Assembly: GCA_016214605.1 (NCBI GenBank)
Contig: JACROD010000023.1
Coordinates: 32,428 to 96,427 of the forward strand
Direction: 5' to 3'
From: Candidatus Kaiserbacteria bacterium
Lineage (GTDB): Bacteria > Patescibacteriota > Minisyncoccia > Phycocordibacterales > UBA2100
DNA length: 64,000 nt
Positions 18,045 through 27,069 of the stretch are shown here, piece by piece. The translations under genes and the position numbers were made by a program. Position 1 is the stretch's first letter, and each line of letters opens with the position of its first letter. Below the pieces are notes generated by a model. That model did not search any database, was not told the DNA's origin, and saw only the letters and a list, made by a program, of their open reading frames with translations.

Positions 18045-19457
18045 CTAAAATTCGAAATCATCATCGATATAATGGGTCGGCTGGGTTGCATACGTCGCGG
18101 TCGCGGTATCCGATATCGGCGATTCGACGGTATCAAGGAGGATGCCGGTCGTTTCGCCCTGTCGGACGAGGTATTTCTTCGCTACGCGATTGACGTCGGT
18201 GCGCGTGATCTTTTTTACCGTGCGTTCAAAAGCGTAGGCGAGCGTCCAGTCTCCGGCCGCGATTGATTCCGAGACAGTGCGAATCTCGTTGAAGATGCCG
18301 TCGCGCTCTTCGGCCATCGACGAGAGGATGCGTTCTCGCGCACGGTCGACTTCGGCTGCATCCACTCCTTTTTCTACGAGGTCGGATATTTCTTTGCGCA
18401 TGAGACGCACCAGCTTGTCCGGAGCGACGTGCTCCGCGGATGTCGCGGTAAACGTGAGAATGCCGGGGTCAAAAGTAGGCAACGTCATATGCGAAAGATC
18501 GGAGGCGAGTCCGCGGTCGACGAGCTTCTTTTGGAGCCTGCTTGAAAAGCCGCCGGCGAGTATGGTCGCAAGCACATAGATCGGCGCAAAATCCGGATGG
18601 AGTGCTTGCGGTGTCTTGTATGCGAGTATGGCGATCGAGACGCCGGCGGCCTTTTTGATCTCGCAGGATCGGGGCGTTTTTTGCACCGGTTCGACTATAT
18701 CCATCGTCGGGATCGGCGAGGGCGATGTCGGGATCTTGGCAAAATGCTTTATGACGAGCCGCTCCAATTCCGCGCGCGACACATCGCCAAAGACGGAAAG
18801 TGTCGCGTTGTTGGGCCAGTAGAACGTATCGTAAAACTCGCGCAGTTTTGCGGCGGTCGATGCCTCGATATCCTCCTTCGTGCCGATGGTGGGGATACGA
18901 TATGGGTGCACGCTGAAGGCGGTCGCGGTGACCTCCTCATCGAGCAATTCGTAGGGATTGTTGCGTCCGCGTTCGTATTCATTGCGCACAACGGTCATTT
19001 CCGATGCGAGATCGGCGTCGTTGAAAAGCGAATTACGCATACGATCCGCTTCGAGCGCAAGGGCATCTTCGAGGCGTTCCTTCGGCAAGAGCTCGAAATA
19101 ATTGGTCCGGTCGAGCCAGGTCGTGGCATTGACAAGGGCGCCCATCCATTCCAAATGCCCAGTGATCGCCTTGCCGTTCTTCTGATTAAAAAGCTTGGAA
19201 TCCTTGAAAAGGAGGTGTTCGAGGATGTGTGTCGACCCGGTGTGACCGGGGGCTTCGTTGCGGGACCCTACGTGGAAGGTAACGCAGACAGCGACCACGG
19301 GAGCAGACCTTTCTGGCTTGTAGAGGACGCGTAATCCATTGGAGAGACGGTATTCGGTAACACCGAAAATAGTACGTATTTTAGGCATTTTTTGGGTTTT
19401 TCGTCTTGGGGTGCGAGCCATGGAGGCAACAATAGCGCACCTTTTTCGTTCACACAA
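18045..19457 (-). CDS. M16 family zinc peptidase (pitrilysin/insulinase-like, catalytic)
   Basis: It has the inverted zinc-binding motif HILEH within ...HFHVGSRNEAPGHTGSTHILEHLLFK and the downstream NA(T/Y)T...E region. Confidence 0.65.
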   Translation of the reverse strand: MCERKRCAIVASMARTPRRKTQKMPKIRTIFGVTEYRLSNGLRVLYKPERSAPVVAVCVTFHVGSRNEAPGHTGSTHILEHLLFKDSKLFNQKNGKAITGHLEWMGALVNATTWLDRTNYFELLPKERLEDALALEADRMRNSLFNDADLASEMTVVRNEYERGRNNPYELLDEEVTATAFSVHPYRIPTIGTKEDIEASTAAKLREFYDTFYWPNNATLSVFGDVSRAELERLVIKHFAKIPTSPSPIPTMDIVEPVQKTPRSCEIKKAAGVSIAILAYKTPQALHPDFAPIYVLATILAGGFSSRLQKKLVDRGLASDLSHMTLPTFDPGILTFTATSAEHVAPDKLVRLMRKEISDLVEKGVDAAEVDRARERILSSMAEERDGIFNEIRTVSESIAAGDWTLAYAFERTVKKITRTDVNRVAKKYLVRQGETTGILLDTVESPISDTATATYATQPTHYIDDDFEF

Positions 19458-19458
19458 A

Positions 19459-20130
19459 TCACACCCAGTCTATCGCTTTTTTACCGTGTTTCGTCAAATA
19501 TTCGTTCGCCTTACTGAAATGTTTGCATCCGAAAAAGCCGCTGTATGCGGAAAAGGGCGACGGATGAGCAGATTCAAGGACGAGATGTTTGGTGCGATCG
19601 ATGTGCGCACCTTTTGTCTTTGCATAGTTGCCCCAAAGAATAAAAACCAAATGTTCGCGCTCATCGGAGAGTGCTTTGATCGCGGCGTCGGTGAATTCTT
19701 CCCACCCCTTTCCTTGATGTGATCCTGCGGAATGTGCGCGTACGGTGAGTGTCGCATTGAGAAGAAGCACTCCTTGTCGAGCCCAGCGTTCCAGATCGCC
19801 GGTCTTGTGGACGAGTGGTGTCCCGAGGTCGCTCTCGATCTCTTTGAAAATATTTTGTAGCGACGGCGGCAGGCGGATCCCCTCTCCTACCGCAAAACAC
19901 AGGCCGTTGGCCTGATCGGGACCGTGATACGGATCTTGGCCGAGGATCACGACCTCGACATCGTCGAAAGGACAGAGGTCAAAGGCGCGAAAGATATTTT
20001 TGGGCGGTGGAAACACGATCGCATGTTTGTATTCATCATGCACGAACGCGGAGAGATCTTTGAAATACGGTTTTTCAAACTCATTCACCAGATGACGTTG
20101 CCAAGAGGGGTCAATTTTAACTTCACTCAT
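19459..20130 (-). CDS. ung: Uracil-DNA glycosylase (family 1)
   Basis: ...VVILGQDPYHGPDQANGLCFAV... (the water-activating loop) and the C-terminal HPSPFSAYSGFFG. The start MSEVKIDPSW is at 20130. Confidence 0.8.
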   Translation of the reverse strand: MSEVKIDPSWQRHLVNEFEKPYFKDLSAFVHDEYKHAIVFPPPKNIFRAFDLCPFDDVEVVILGQDPYHGPDQANGLCFAVGEGIRLPPSLQNIFKEIESDLGTPLVHKTGDLERWARQGVLLLNATLTVRAHSAGSHQGKGWEEFTDAAIKALSDEREHLVFILWGNYAKTKGAHIDRTKHLVLESAHPSPFSAYSGFFGCKHFSKANEYLTKHGKKAIDWV

Positions 20131-20213
20131 GTGCTCATTGTATACGTTGTTTCCCAAGAAAACGATCCTGTATGCGTTTTATGCATACAGGATCGCGAGT
20201 GAGTCAAGCGCAT

Positions 20214-20720
20214 TTATCCCGAGGCAGGTGCGCGCGCATGTCGCCATCGCGGCGGTGGCTGCGAACAGACCGCGAAATATGCTGCGAGCGGTCCTGTAAG
20301 ATACAGGCTCGCGAACAGCATTAGCTGATGCCACTGGAACGTCACCCAGAACTCATGGATGAATGGTCCCGTGCTCCATATAAGAACACACACCAGAACT
20401 ACGCGAGCGACCTTCGAGAACATCGATATTCTTATAGGATTTGCGATTCCTCCAAAATGCGACAAGCGTTCGATGACCGGAATGCCTGTCGCATAAAGTA
20501 GAGCCATGAACGCAAAGAAGAGGATCTGCAGGGTGGGGAAAGATGTTTCTTGCGCCCACCATACGATCATCCACGCACTGCTTCCACCGCCGAGGTAGCA
20601 GCAAAACTGTGCCCATCGAATAGGCGATACTCTTGTCCAGTCGACCAACCTCTGGAAGAGGTTGATCAGTGATTCATCGAGGCGCCATATCATGCCCCAC
20701 ATGACCAACCTCCCTTCCAT
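20214..20720 (-). CDS. Hypothetical polytopic membrane protein
   Basis: 168 aa with about 5 hydrophobic helices. A 12-bp-stem hairpin at 20165-20195 downstream is a probable terminator. Confidence 0.3.
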   Translation of the reverse strand: MEGRLVMWGMIWRLDESLINLFQRLVDWTRVSPIRWAQFCCYLGGGSSAWMIVWWAQETSFPTLQILFFAFMALLYATGIPVIERLSHFGGIANPIRISMFSKVARVVLVCVLIWSTGPFIHEFWVTFQWHQLMLFASLYLTGPLAAYFAVCSQPPPRWRHARAPASG

Positions 20721-20751
20721 ATTTTTTGATGGGTATTATTGCCTAATCAAA

Positions 20752-21033
20752 CTATACCACAGTTTGTTCTTTTATTAATATGCGCTCTTTTACCACGGCA
20801 CCGCCGCGATTGTAGCCGCCCATTGATCCGTCGCTCTTGATCACACGATGGCAGGGTATCGCAGGGTCATAATTTTTTCGCATGATGGCGCCGACCGCGC
20901 GAGCGGCACGCGGATTCCCCGCCCTCGTCGCAACCTCTTTGTAAGTCATCGTCTTTCCTCTAGGGATTTTGCCGACGATTGTGCGGACCTTGTCGGCAAA
21001 TGTCTTCATACCTGGAGTATACTTGCAAATCAC
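20752..21033 (-). CDS. MGMT-family (O6-alkylguanine-DNA alkyltransferase C-terminal domain-like) protein
   Basis: TYKEVATRAGNPRAARAVGAIMRKNYDPAIPCHRVIKSDGSMGGY... This is the PCHRV active-site motif. Only the ~90-aa DNA-binding/active-site domain is present. Confidence 0.6.
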   Translation of the reverse strand: MICKYTPGMKTFADKVRTIVGKIPRGKTMTYKEVATRAGNPRAARAVGAIMRKNYDPAIPCHRVIKSDGSMGGYNRGGAVVKERILIKEQTVV

Positions 21034-21058
21034 CCGTCCGGCAGTAGTTCAGGCCCAA

Positions 21059-21096
21059 CCTCCTGTAATTTCACCAATTGGTGAAATTACAGGAGT
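21059..21096. repeat. 36-bp perfect palindrome cctcctgtaatttcaccaa|ttggtgaaattacaggag (copy 3 of the CTCCTGTAATT family)
   Basis: It has the same outer half-sites as copies 1 and 2, with compensatory changes in the centre that preserve the palindrome. Confidence 0.8.
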
Positions 21097-21139
21097 AGTT
21101 AATGATTAAATCAAACGGATCGAGGCTCGAAATCCCCCC

Positions 21140-21913
21140 TTACTTCTTACTCTTTGAGATTTGTGCGTGGAGTGCCTTGCCTGCCGCTTCGCGATAGAGA
21201 CAATAATCGCAATCGGAGTTTGCGGGCGGAATTTGCTCGCTGTCGAGGCATTTTTTGATAGCGAGGAGTGTGTCATCGATCCAATCGGCATCGCCCTTAT
21301 ATGGTATGAGTGTGACATCAAAGACAAGCTTGCGGTCGAAAGCTTTTTCGTCCTTACTTGCGTTGGCATACACAAAATATCCCGTGTCGGAGACGTCGAA
21401 TCCGCGTTGCCGGAGGAGCCACTGATATACCTCCATTTGCCGCTTGTATCCGATGTGCCAGTCTTCGTCGAGGGATTCGATCTTGGTGTCTTTGCTTGTC
21501 GATTTGTAATCCACGACGATCAGTTCGCCGGCAGGATTCACCCAAATATCGTCGACCGCGCCGGAAACGGTGAATCCGGTCGGTTGGTGTACGTATTCGA
21601 TGCCTTTAAAATTTTCGCGCCAGATATCGAGGTCTTCGTGGGTATAGGGCACTGCATCGACGCCGTATTGTTCCATGAGTGGGTGTGCGGCGCCGTGGGC
21701 GCGATGGATATCGAATTCTTTTTTGAGGAGCGCATCGACAGCGCTATTGAGATTGAAAGGAAAACCTGGCGGGCGTGCCACGCCGAGCTTGTTGTCGAGA
21801 TAGAAACAACGCTTGCACTGCATGAAGAGATCGATCTTGGAGCGCGACAACCGCCACCGAGAACCGCCATAATTCCAGTCCGGCTTGCGGTTGGGTTTGT
21901 AGAATCCGCTCAT
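21140..21913 (-). CDS. PD-(D/E)xK nuclease with an N- and C-terminal cysteine cluster (Cas4/RecB-like fold), standalone
   Basis: The N-terminus has QCKRCFY and the core has ...ELIVVDYKS... (the D-x-K motif). The C-terminus has ...PPANSDCDYCLY, a Cas4-like 4-Cys arrangement. The ATG at 21913 gives MSGFYKPNRKPDW. Confidence 0.45.
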   Translation of the reverse strand: MSGFYKPNRKPDWNYGGSRWRLSRSKIDLFMQCKRCFYLDNKLGVARPPGFPFNLNSAVDALLKKEFDIHRAHGAAHPLMEQYGVDAVPYTHEDLDIWRENFKGIEYVHQPTGFTVSGAVDDIWVNPAGELIVVDYKSTSKDTKIESLDEDWHIGYKRQMEVYQWLLRQRGFDVSDTGYFVYANASKDEKAFDRKLVFDVTLIPYKGDADWIDDTLLAIKKCLDSEQIPPANSDCDYCLYREAAGKALHAQISKSKK

Positions 21914-21983
21914 GTGTTGAGTATAACAGACACAGCTTCGTCGAAGAGTCGGCGAAGCTCTGTGAATAGTACCGATTATGTGC

Positions 21984-22493
21984 CTAGTGCTGAGGAGGCG
22001 TTTGGTGCAGGGTGTCGCCGTGCTCGTGATAGTCCTTAAACCAATGTTTGAAGCGGTCTTCCACGTACCACATGCCAGTAAACAGGATGAGTACGAGCAT
22101 GGTCGCAAATATAGACAGTGCATAGAGGCCAAAACCGATCGACATGCCGACCGCGGTCGCTACCCATATGCCAGCGGCGGTCGTCGCGCCATGAAGGGCG
22201 TCTCTTCGGAATATAATGAGTCCGCCGCCCAGGAATCCGATACCCATGATGACACCGGCGGCGATACGTAGAGGATCAAAATTGAGAATACCGATAAAAG
22301 CGGTGTCGACGTAAGTGCCGACAAGGATGAAAAGACATGCGCCGAGTGAGACAAGACCGAATGTGCGCGTTCCGACCGGCTGATGTGCAATGACCGAACG
22401 TTCCGTGCCGATGATCCCACCGAGGACCATGGCGAGCAGGAGCTTCATAAACATGACTGTGTTCGTGTCGACGAATTGTTCGGTGCCGTGCAT
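21984..22493 (-). CDS. MgtC/SapB family membrane protein
   Basis: LLLAMVLGGIIGTERSVIAHQPVGTRTFGLVSLGACLFILVG...GGGLIIFRRD... matches the MgtC family pattern. Confidence 0.7.
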   Translation of the reverse strand: MHGTEQFVDTNTVMFMKLLLAMVLGGIIGTERSVIAHQPVGTRTFGLVSLGACLFILVGTYVDTAFIGILNFDPLRIAAGVIMGIGFLGGGLIIFRRDALHGATTAAGIWVATAVGMSIGFGLYALSIFATMLVLILFTGMWYVEDRFKHWFKDYHEHGDTLHQTPPQH

Positions 22494-22543
22494 AGAGAAA
22501 GTATAAACTAGAACTAATAAATAATGAAACGCGGACTGGATTA

Positions 22544-23434
22544 TCAGTGGATTACAGGTGACCCGGCGTTATTGATCGTCATATCGGGTGCATTCGTGAT
22601 AATGCCCGGGTCTCCACATAGCTGGCGCGCTTCTTCGAGCACTTTCGGAATATGGGACGGCTTTACGCCATATTCTTGAAGCAAATGCGGTGTTTGGATG
22701 TGCCTGCACAGTACAATGCGCTTATCCAAGAGGCGTCGCTTTTCGCCTTCTGAAAGTGTGGTGAGAGCAGTGAGCGGATGCACGCGGCCAGCTTCGATCA
22801 TCGCAAAGAGCCCGCGTCCACGCGGGAACTCCCATCCGAGGAGTTTGAGATTCGAGCACTGAGCATACCGTATCGCATTGCGCGTAAAACGTGTATTTGT
22901 CACGAGCCAGCCCTCGTCGACGCGAGAAGATCTTTCCGGCGCATTCCTGAGGTCCTCGTAACGCGCATGGATATAAAGTGCATCTTTGACGTCGGTCTTG
23001 CCGCCGGGATCGTTGTGGAATTTTGCCTCGATTCCGATCCTTCGATGGTCCTTCTCGGCCAAGACATCCACTTCATGCGGGGCGCAGCGGCCGTTGAGGT
23101 TGATACCGGTACGTACCTGATATCCTTGGGAACGCAGGACCTCGGCGAGGAACTGCTCGAAGGGAAATCCGGACGGCCCGAGCGAGAAGACAGCGCGTTT
23201 GATCGAATATCGCGCTGCGACCGGCACCGTTTCCTCTTCCCGCAAATGATCGAAGGCATGGCGATAGATCTCCTCGGTCATCATGCCAGGGCGAAGCTCA
23301 CGGATAATCCGTGCAAGGATCTTGGCGCGCGCCGTTGAGGAAGCGCCGGCGAGTGCCAGCGAATGCTCCAGCTTTTCTGGGCTGAAACGCTCTTGGTCGC
23401 CGTCTGCTTTTGTTATGAGAATATGATCTGGCAT
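22544..23434 (-). CDS. ATP-cone domain fused to an Mrr/NERD-like restriction endonuclease fold
   Basis: The N-terminal ILITKADGDQERFSPEKLEHSL is ATP-cone-like. The central ...HEVDVLAEKDHRRIGIEAKFH... is a D...E-x-K nuclease core. Confidence 0.45.
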   Translation of the reverse strand: MPDHILITKADGDQERFSPEKLEHSLALAGASSTARAKILARIIRELRPGMMTEEIYRHAFDHLREEETVPVAARYSIKRAVFSLGPSGFPFEQFLAEVLRSQGYQVRTGINLNGRCAPHEVDVLAEKDHRRIGIEAKFHNDPGGKTDVKDALYIHARYEDLRNAPERSSRVDEGWLVTNTRFTRNAIRYAQCSNLKLLGWEFPRGRGLFAMIEAGRVHPLTALTTLSEGEKRRLLDKRIVLCRHIQTPHLLQEYGVKPSHIPKVLEEARQLCGDPGIITNAPDMTINNAGSPVIH

Positions 23435-23443
23435 AGAAGATAT

Positions 23444-23863
23444 TTAGTGTATTCCCCGCAAAGGTATTTCTGGTATGACAGCTATGGGAATCGATTCTCC
23501 ATTGAGAGTGGCCGTAAAAGATACACCGATCGAGGCGGCAAAAATAATCGCACGAAAATCTCGTGTCGAGTTTTGGGTCACGCAAGAAGTAATATAAGGC
23601 TCTCGCCAGGTATTGAATATGATGAGATATGACGAATCCGATATGCGCTGGGTATAGACGACGACCTCGTCGCACGAGGATGTGATCGGAACCGTCCCCG
23701 ACAACGTATGCGAGCCGACGCCGATCATGTCTCGGATCAAGATGGGTGTGACCGACTTGAGGTTTGCGCGTACGATCTCATTGGCGACCATCAGCGTGGT
23801 GCCGAGCCCGATGATCAGAATAAGCACGAACCATACAATAGATCGAAAAAATCCCATCGTCAT
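23444..23863 (-). CDS. Hypothetical N-terminally anchored protein
   Basis: It has an N-terminal TM segment (IVWFVLILIIGLGTTLMVA) with no prepilin motif. Confidence 0.3.
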   Translation of the reverse strand: MTMGFFRSIVWFVLILIIGLGTTLMVANEIVRANLKSVTPILIRDMIGVGSHTLSGTVPITSSCDEVVVYTQRISDSSYLIIFNTWREPYITSCVTQNSTRDFRAIIFAASIGVSFTATLNGESIPIAVIPEIPLRGIH

Positions 23864-23944
23864 GGGTGTATTATATCCTGCCCACTACAGGCCACTGATC
23901 GCTATTCACACAAAGGCATGTGGTCGCCGGGAGCGAATATCGCG

Positions 23945-25009
23945 TCAGTGAGACATCTCGATCACGCCGCCTCCCAGGACACGTTCTCCATCGTACAAAA
24001 CGAGCGATTGGCCCGGAGAAATAAGATGCGGCTCGTCGAATACCGCTGTGAAGCGGTCATCCGAGGAATGTACAGTGATCGCAAAAGGCTTTTCCCGATA
24101 GCGTGACTGCGCATGAGTATGTAAAGAAGGTCGCGGCACCTCACTGATCCAGTGGAGATCGCTCAGGTCTGCCTTGCCGACCGCCGCGGCTCCACGATCC
24201 AATGACACCATGATCGTGTTGTCCTCTATAGAGAGTTTCACGACATAATGGATCCCCTTGCGTGCTTCTGCGCCGTTGACCGTGAATCCATGTCGCTGTC
24301 CTATTGTGTAGAGCACCGCACCGTCGTGCGTCCCGATCTTGTTACCCTTCGTGTCAAGCACCGTACCCTCTTTCAAAGTGATGTAGCGAGCGAGAAAATC
24401 GCGCATGCTCACATCGCCGACGAAACAAAGCCCTTGGCTGTCCGGCTTTTGTGCGACCGGCAGACCGAAGGTCCGTGCCCTCTCACGGACTTGTGATTTG
24501 CACAGATCGCCGATCGGAAAGAGCGTCCGTGCCAATTCTCTCTCGCCGATGCGGTATAAGAAGTACGATTGATCTTTTTCGGTGTCTGCTCCGCGCAGGA
24601 GTGCTGTCTTGCCGTCGATCGTGGCAGTGCGCGCATAGTGGCCGGTCGCGATTAGATCGGCACCATGATCAAATGCCCATTGTGCGAACACGCCGAATTT
24701 GATCTTTTCGTTGCAGAGGATATCGGGATTGGGTGTGATGCCACGCTCATAGTCGCTAACCATCGAATCGACTACTTCTTTTTTGTACTCGTGCGAAAGA
24801 TCAATCTCGCGAAAAGGGATGTCAAGGCTCGCGGCGATGCGTATCGCGTCGAGACGGTCCTCCCGCCAGGTGCATTCGATGAATTCTGGCTGCCAGATCT
24901 TGATGAACACGCCGACGACACCATAGCCGCGTTCTTTAAGTATCGCGGCCGAAGTGCCGCTATCTACCCCACCGGAAAGCCCGACGAATACTATCTTCTT
25001 ATTATTCAT
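23945..25009 (-). CDS. mnmA: tRNA-specific 2-thiouridylase MnmA
   Basis: KIVFVGLSGGVDSGTSAAIL (the PP-loop), the later CF... and the catalytic cysteines. The start MNNKKIVFV is at 25009. Confidence 0.85.
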   Translation of the reverse strand: MNNKKIVFVGLSGGVDSGTSAAILKERGYGVVGVFIKIWQPEFIECTWREDRLDAIRIAASLDIPFREIDLSHEYKKEVVDSMVSDYERGITPNPDILCNEKIKFGVFAQWAFDHGADLIATGHYARTATIDGKTALLRGADTEKDQSYFLYRIGERELARTLFPIGDLCKSQVRERARTFGLPVAQKPDSQGLCFVGDVSMRDFLARYITLKEGTVLDTKGNKIGTHDGAVLYTIGQRHGFTVNGAEARKGIHYVVKLSIEDNTIMVSLDRGAAAVGKADLSDLHWISEVPRPSLHTHAQSRYREKPFAITVHSSDDRFTAVFDEPHLISPGQSLVLYDGERVLGGGVIEMSH

Positions 25010-25094
25010 AAGGGATATTGACTTGTCGATCGTTTTTGATAACATATTGGTACATTCGGGATTTTCCCACGGCCCCACCGCAAGGTGGGGAATA

Positions 25095-25499
25095 TTATTT
25101 ATACAGTGAGTTGAAGCCGTCGCGCACCCGTTTAAAATCAGTATCGTCAAGCTCTCCCAATTGCGAGGATAGGCGGCGATAATCGATTACGCGTATCTGA
25201 TGCAGACAAGCAACCATAGCAGTACCCTTCTGGCGGAACAACACATACCATGTTCCTGTATGTTCTTTGGTGGTGGTCGGGATGACAAGGTAAAATCCAT
25301 GCGCCAGTTTCTTAAATATGATGACCGGACGAGAAAACTGAAAATTTTTACCATTGATCTCGGAGCCGATATTTTCACCGAGGCTTGCCCACCAGATTTG
25401 ATGTTCCGCAACTCGCGGTGGTTTGGCGGTTAGCGCGTGCAGTTTTTCTTTTAGTCCAACCCACTCAAGAAAACGCTTCAGTTGTTGCATGGGCGCCAT
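25095..25499 (-). CDS. MazF/PemK-like endoribonuclease-fold protein (orphan toxin candidate) with a ~30-aa N-terminal extension
   Basis: ...IWWASLGENIGSEINGKNFQFSRPVIIFKKL...VIPTTTKEH...VACLHQIRVIDYRRL parallels the PemK pattern (...iw.vdf.p..GsEq.g.RPvlVls..........capiTs......vAlcdQIRtiDk.RL). Confidence 0.5.
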   Translation of the reverse strand: MAPMQQLKRFLEWVGLKEKLHALTAKPPRVAEHQIWWASLGENIGSEINGKNFQFSRPVIIFKKLAHGFYLVIPTTTKEHTGTWYVLFRQKGTAMVACLHQIRVIDYRRLSSQLGELDDTDFKRVRDGFNSLYK

Positions 25500-25592
25500 G
25501 GTAGCACATATTTCCTTTTACGCTCTTTTTCACGAATCCATTGAAGTGATGTTGTCCGTGATTCTCGAATACCATGGTGTTTTAGCGGTACA

Positions 25593-25620
25593 CAAAAAGG
25601 GCCGACACAGAGATCGGCCC
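25593..25620 (-). terminator. Rho-independent terminator (minus strand: ggccgatctctgtgtcggcc + ctttttgtg)
   Basis: Stem-loop plus U-run when read in the minus-strand direction. It follows the 25656..25940 gene. Confidence 0.55.
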
Positions 25621-25655
25621 ATCATGAGGATATCCAGGCGTGCAAGGACCGTCGT

Positions 25656-25940
25656 TCAGTGGATGTCTGACACAGAACGCAGGATTCTATCCGTGAGGGC
25701 CTCTCCGGCTGATTCTGAATCGCAAGACACGGCTATTCCGGAGCCAGAGACCACAACCTTCCCGGATACTGTCTGACCACTCAGAAGGAAACTGAACGTT
25801 ACAGTCCCATCCTTCCATTCCTCCTGTAGGTTACTGATTGCTGAGGTGAACATGGCGGGCATGTTAGCGAACATGCCCTTCATGGTCATAAACGCTTCCC
25901 TATAGGGAAGATTGTGAGTCACAAATCTCTCCAGTTGCAT
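25656..25940 (-). CDS. Hypothetical protein
   Basis: 94-aa ORF with its own terminator. It is lower in GC than the neighbouring genes. Confidence 0.3.
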   Translation of the reverse strand: MQLERFVTHNLPYREAFMTMKGMFANMPAMFTSAISNLQEEWKDGTVTFSFLLSGQTVSGKVVVSGSGIAVSCDSESAGEALTDRILRSVSDIH

Positions 25941-26014
25941 CGTTCCGCCCTTCCTATGCGCTTGATGTCCGTCGGAAAGTTACCGTGTTTTCATTAATGT
26001 GTCAATACAACTCT

Positions 26015-27064
26015 CTAATTATCTATATAGGCGTCTTTTTTGATCAGGTGCTGCTGATAGGTCTTGCTGTAGTGGGTCACGCCGTTTTCGTCGGCGAGAT
26101 AGAAAAGGTAGTCGCTCTTGATCGGATCGACCGCTGCCTCGATCGCGTTCATCGAAGGGCTGCCGATCGGAGTCGGCGGAAGCCCTTTGTGGGTGTAGGT
26201 GTTGTACGGCGAATCGCTCTTGAGATCTTGTCGCGTGAGATCAAAGGTCCCCTTGCCCACGGTGTAGAGGAACGTGACATCCACTTGAAGCGGCATATTT
26301 TTTGAGAGGCGATTCCATAGCACTCCGGCGATTTTTTGGCGGTCGTCCCCCTTGCCGGTCGCCTCGCGCTCCAGGATCGAAGCCATGATGATGATATCGC
26401 TGAGAGAGTGCCCAGAAGCTTCAATTTGGTCTTGGATCTCAGTTATGTGTGCGTCAAAATTTTGCCGCATGGTCTTTATCACGGTCTCTTCGGTCGCGTT
26501 GGGCAGGAAGAAATACGTATCGGGAAAGAGATATCCTTCCATTGGCTGTGCTTGCACGAGGAAATTTGCCTGGTCGAAACGCTCGAGCTGAGATCTGAAG
26601 ATGACCGCCATTTGCCGTGTGGTCGCACCTTCGGGTATGCGAATATGGATCGGTTCGAGGCCGTATGCACCTATCGAGATCGTCCGCGCCACCGAAAAAA
26701 GTTCTTGGGGTTCCTTGAAAAGATAATCGCCCGCCCGCATGTGGCGACCCTTGCCGAGAATAGTTGCCATGACGCGGAATGCCAGAGAGGAACGGACAAC
26801 CCCTTGCTTTTGGAGGGTGTCACCGATCTGTTTGAGGGACTGTCCATCAGGCACGGAGACGAGGTGATCAAGCGGGAAGTTATCTGGCGGCCGGATCAAG
26901 AAAAGGTACGAGAAAGTGGCAATAATACCGATGACGATAATGATCACGAGGGTGCGCCGGTTCGTGTGTTCGACCCAGCGCTCGGAAAGACGCAGCTGCA
27001 GACGATCCATATCATCAAAAAATTGACGCAAGGTATAGAATATTGATCTCATAGGTGGCATACG
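26015..27064 (-). CDS. mltG: Endolytic murein transglycosylase MltG (YceG family)
   Basis: It has an N-terminal TM segment (LVIIIVIGIIATFSYLF) and the YceG core ...PDTYFF...ASILEREA...KIAGVLWNRL...LQVDVTFLY...YNTYTHKGLPPTPIGSP. The start is uncertain (27064 or 27160). Confidence 0.7.
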   Translation of the reverse strand, partial: RMPPMRSIFYTLRQFFDDMDRLQLRLSERWVEHTNRRTLVIIIVIGIIATFSYLFLIRPPDNFPLDHLVSVPDGQSLKQIGDTLQKQGVVRSSLAFRVMATILGKGRHMRAGDYLFKEPQELFSVARTISIGAYGLEPIHIRIPEGATTRQMAVIFRSQLERFDQANFLVQAQPMEGYLFPDTYFFLPNATEETVIKTMRQNFDAHITEIQDQIEASGHSLSDIIIMASILEREATGKGDDRQKIAGVLWNRLSKNMPLQVDVTFLYTVGKGTFDLTRQDLKSDSPYNTYTHKGLPPTPIGSPSMNAIEAAVDPIKSDYLFYLADENGVTHYSKTYQQHLIKKDAYIDN

Positions 27065-27069
27065 CGGCG

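Noticed and set aside
16803-18266. A 487-aa plus-strand ORF
   Set aside because: It is antisense to the M16 peptidase gene (16710..18041) and has no recognisable motifs. An R/G/D-rich composition indicates a spurious long open frame in GC-rich DNA.
18597-19334. A 245-aa plus-strand ORF, and the 21161..22039 plus-strand ORF
   Set aside because: Antisense to the catalytic M16 peptidase gene and to the Cas4-like nuclease gene respectively. No motifs.
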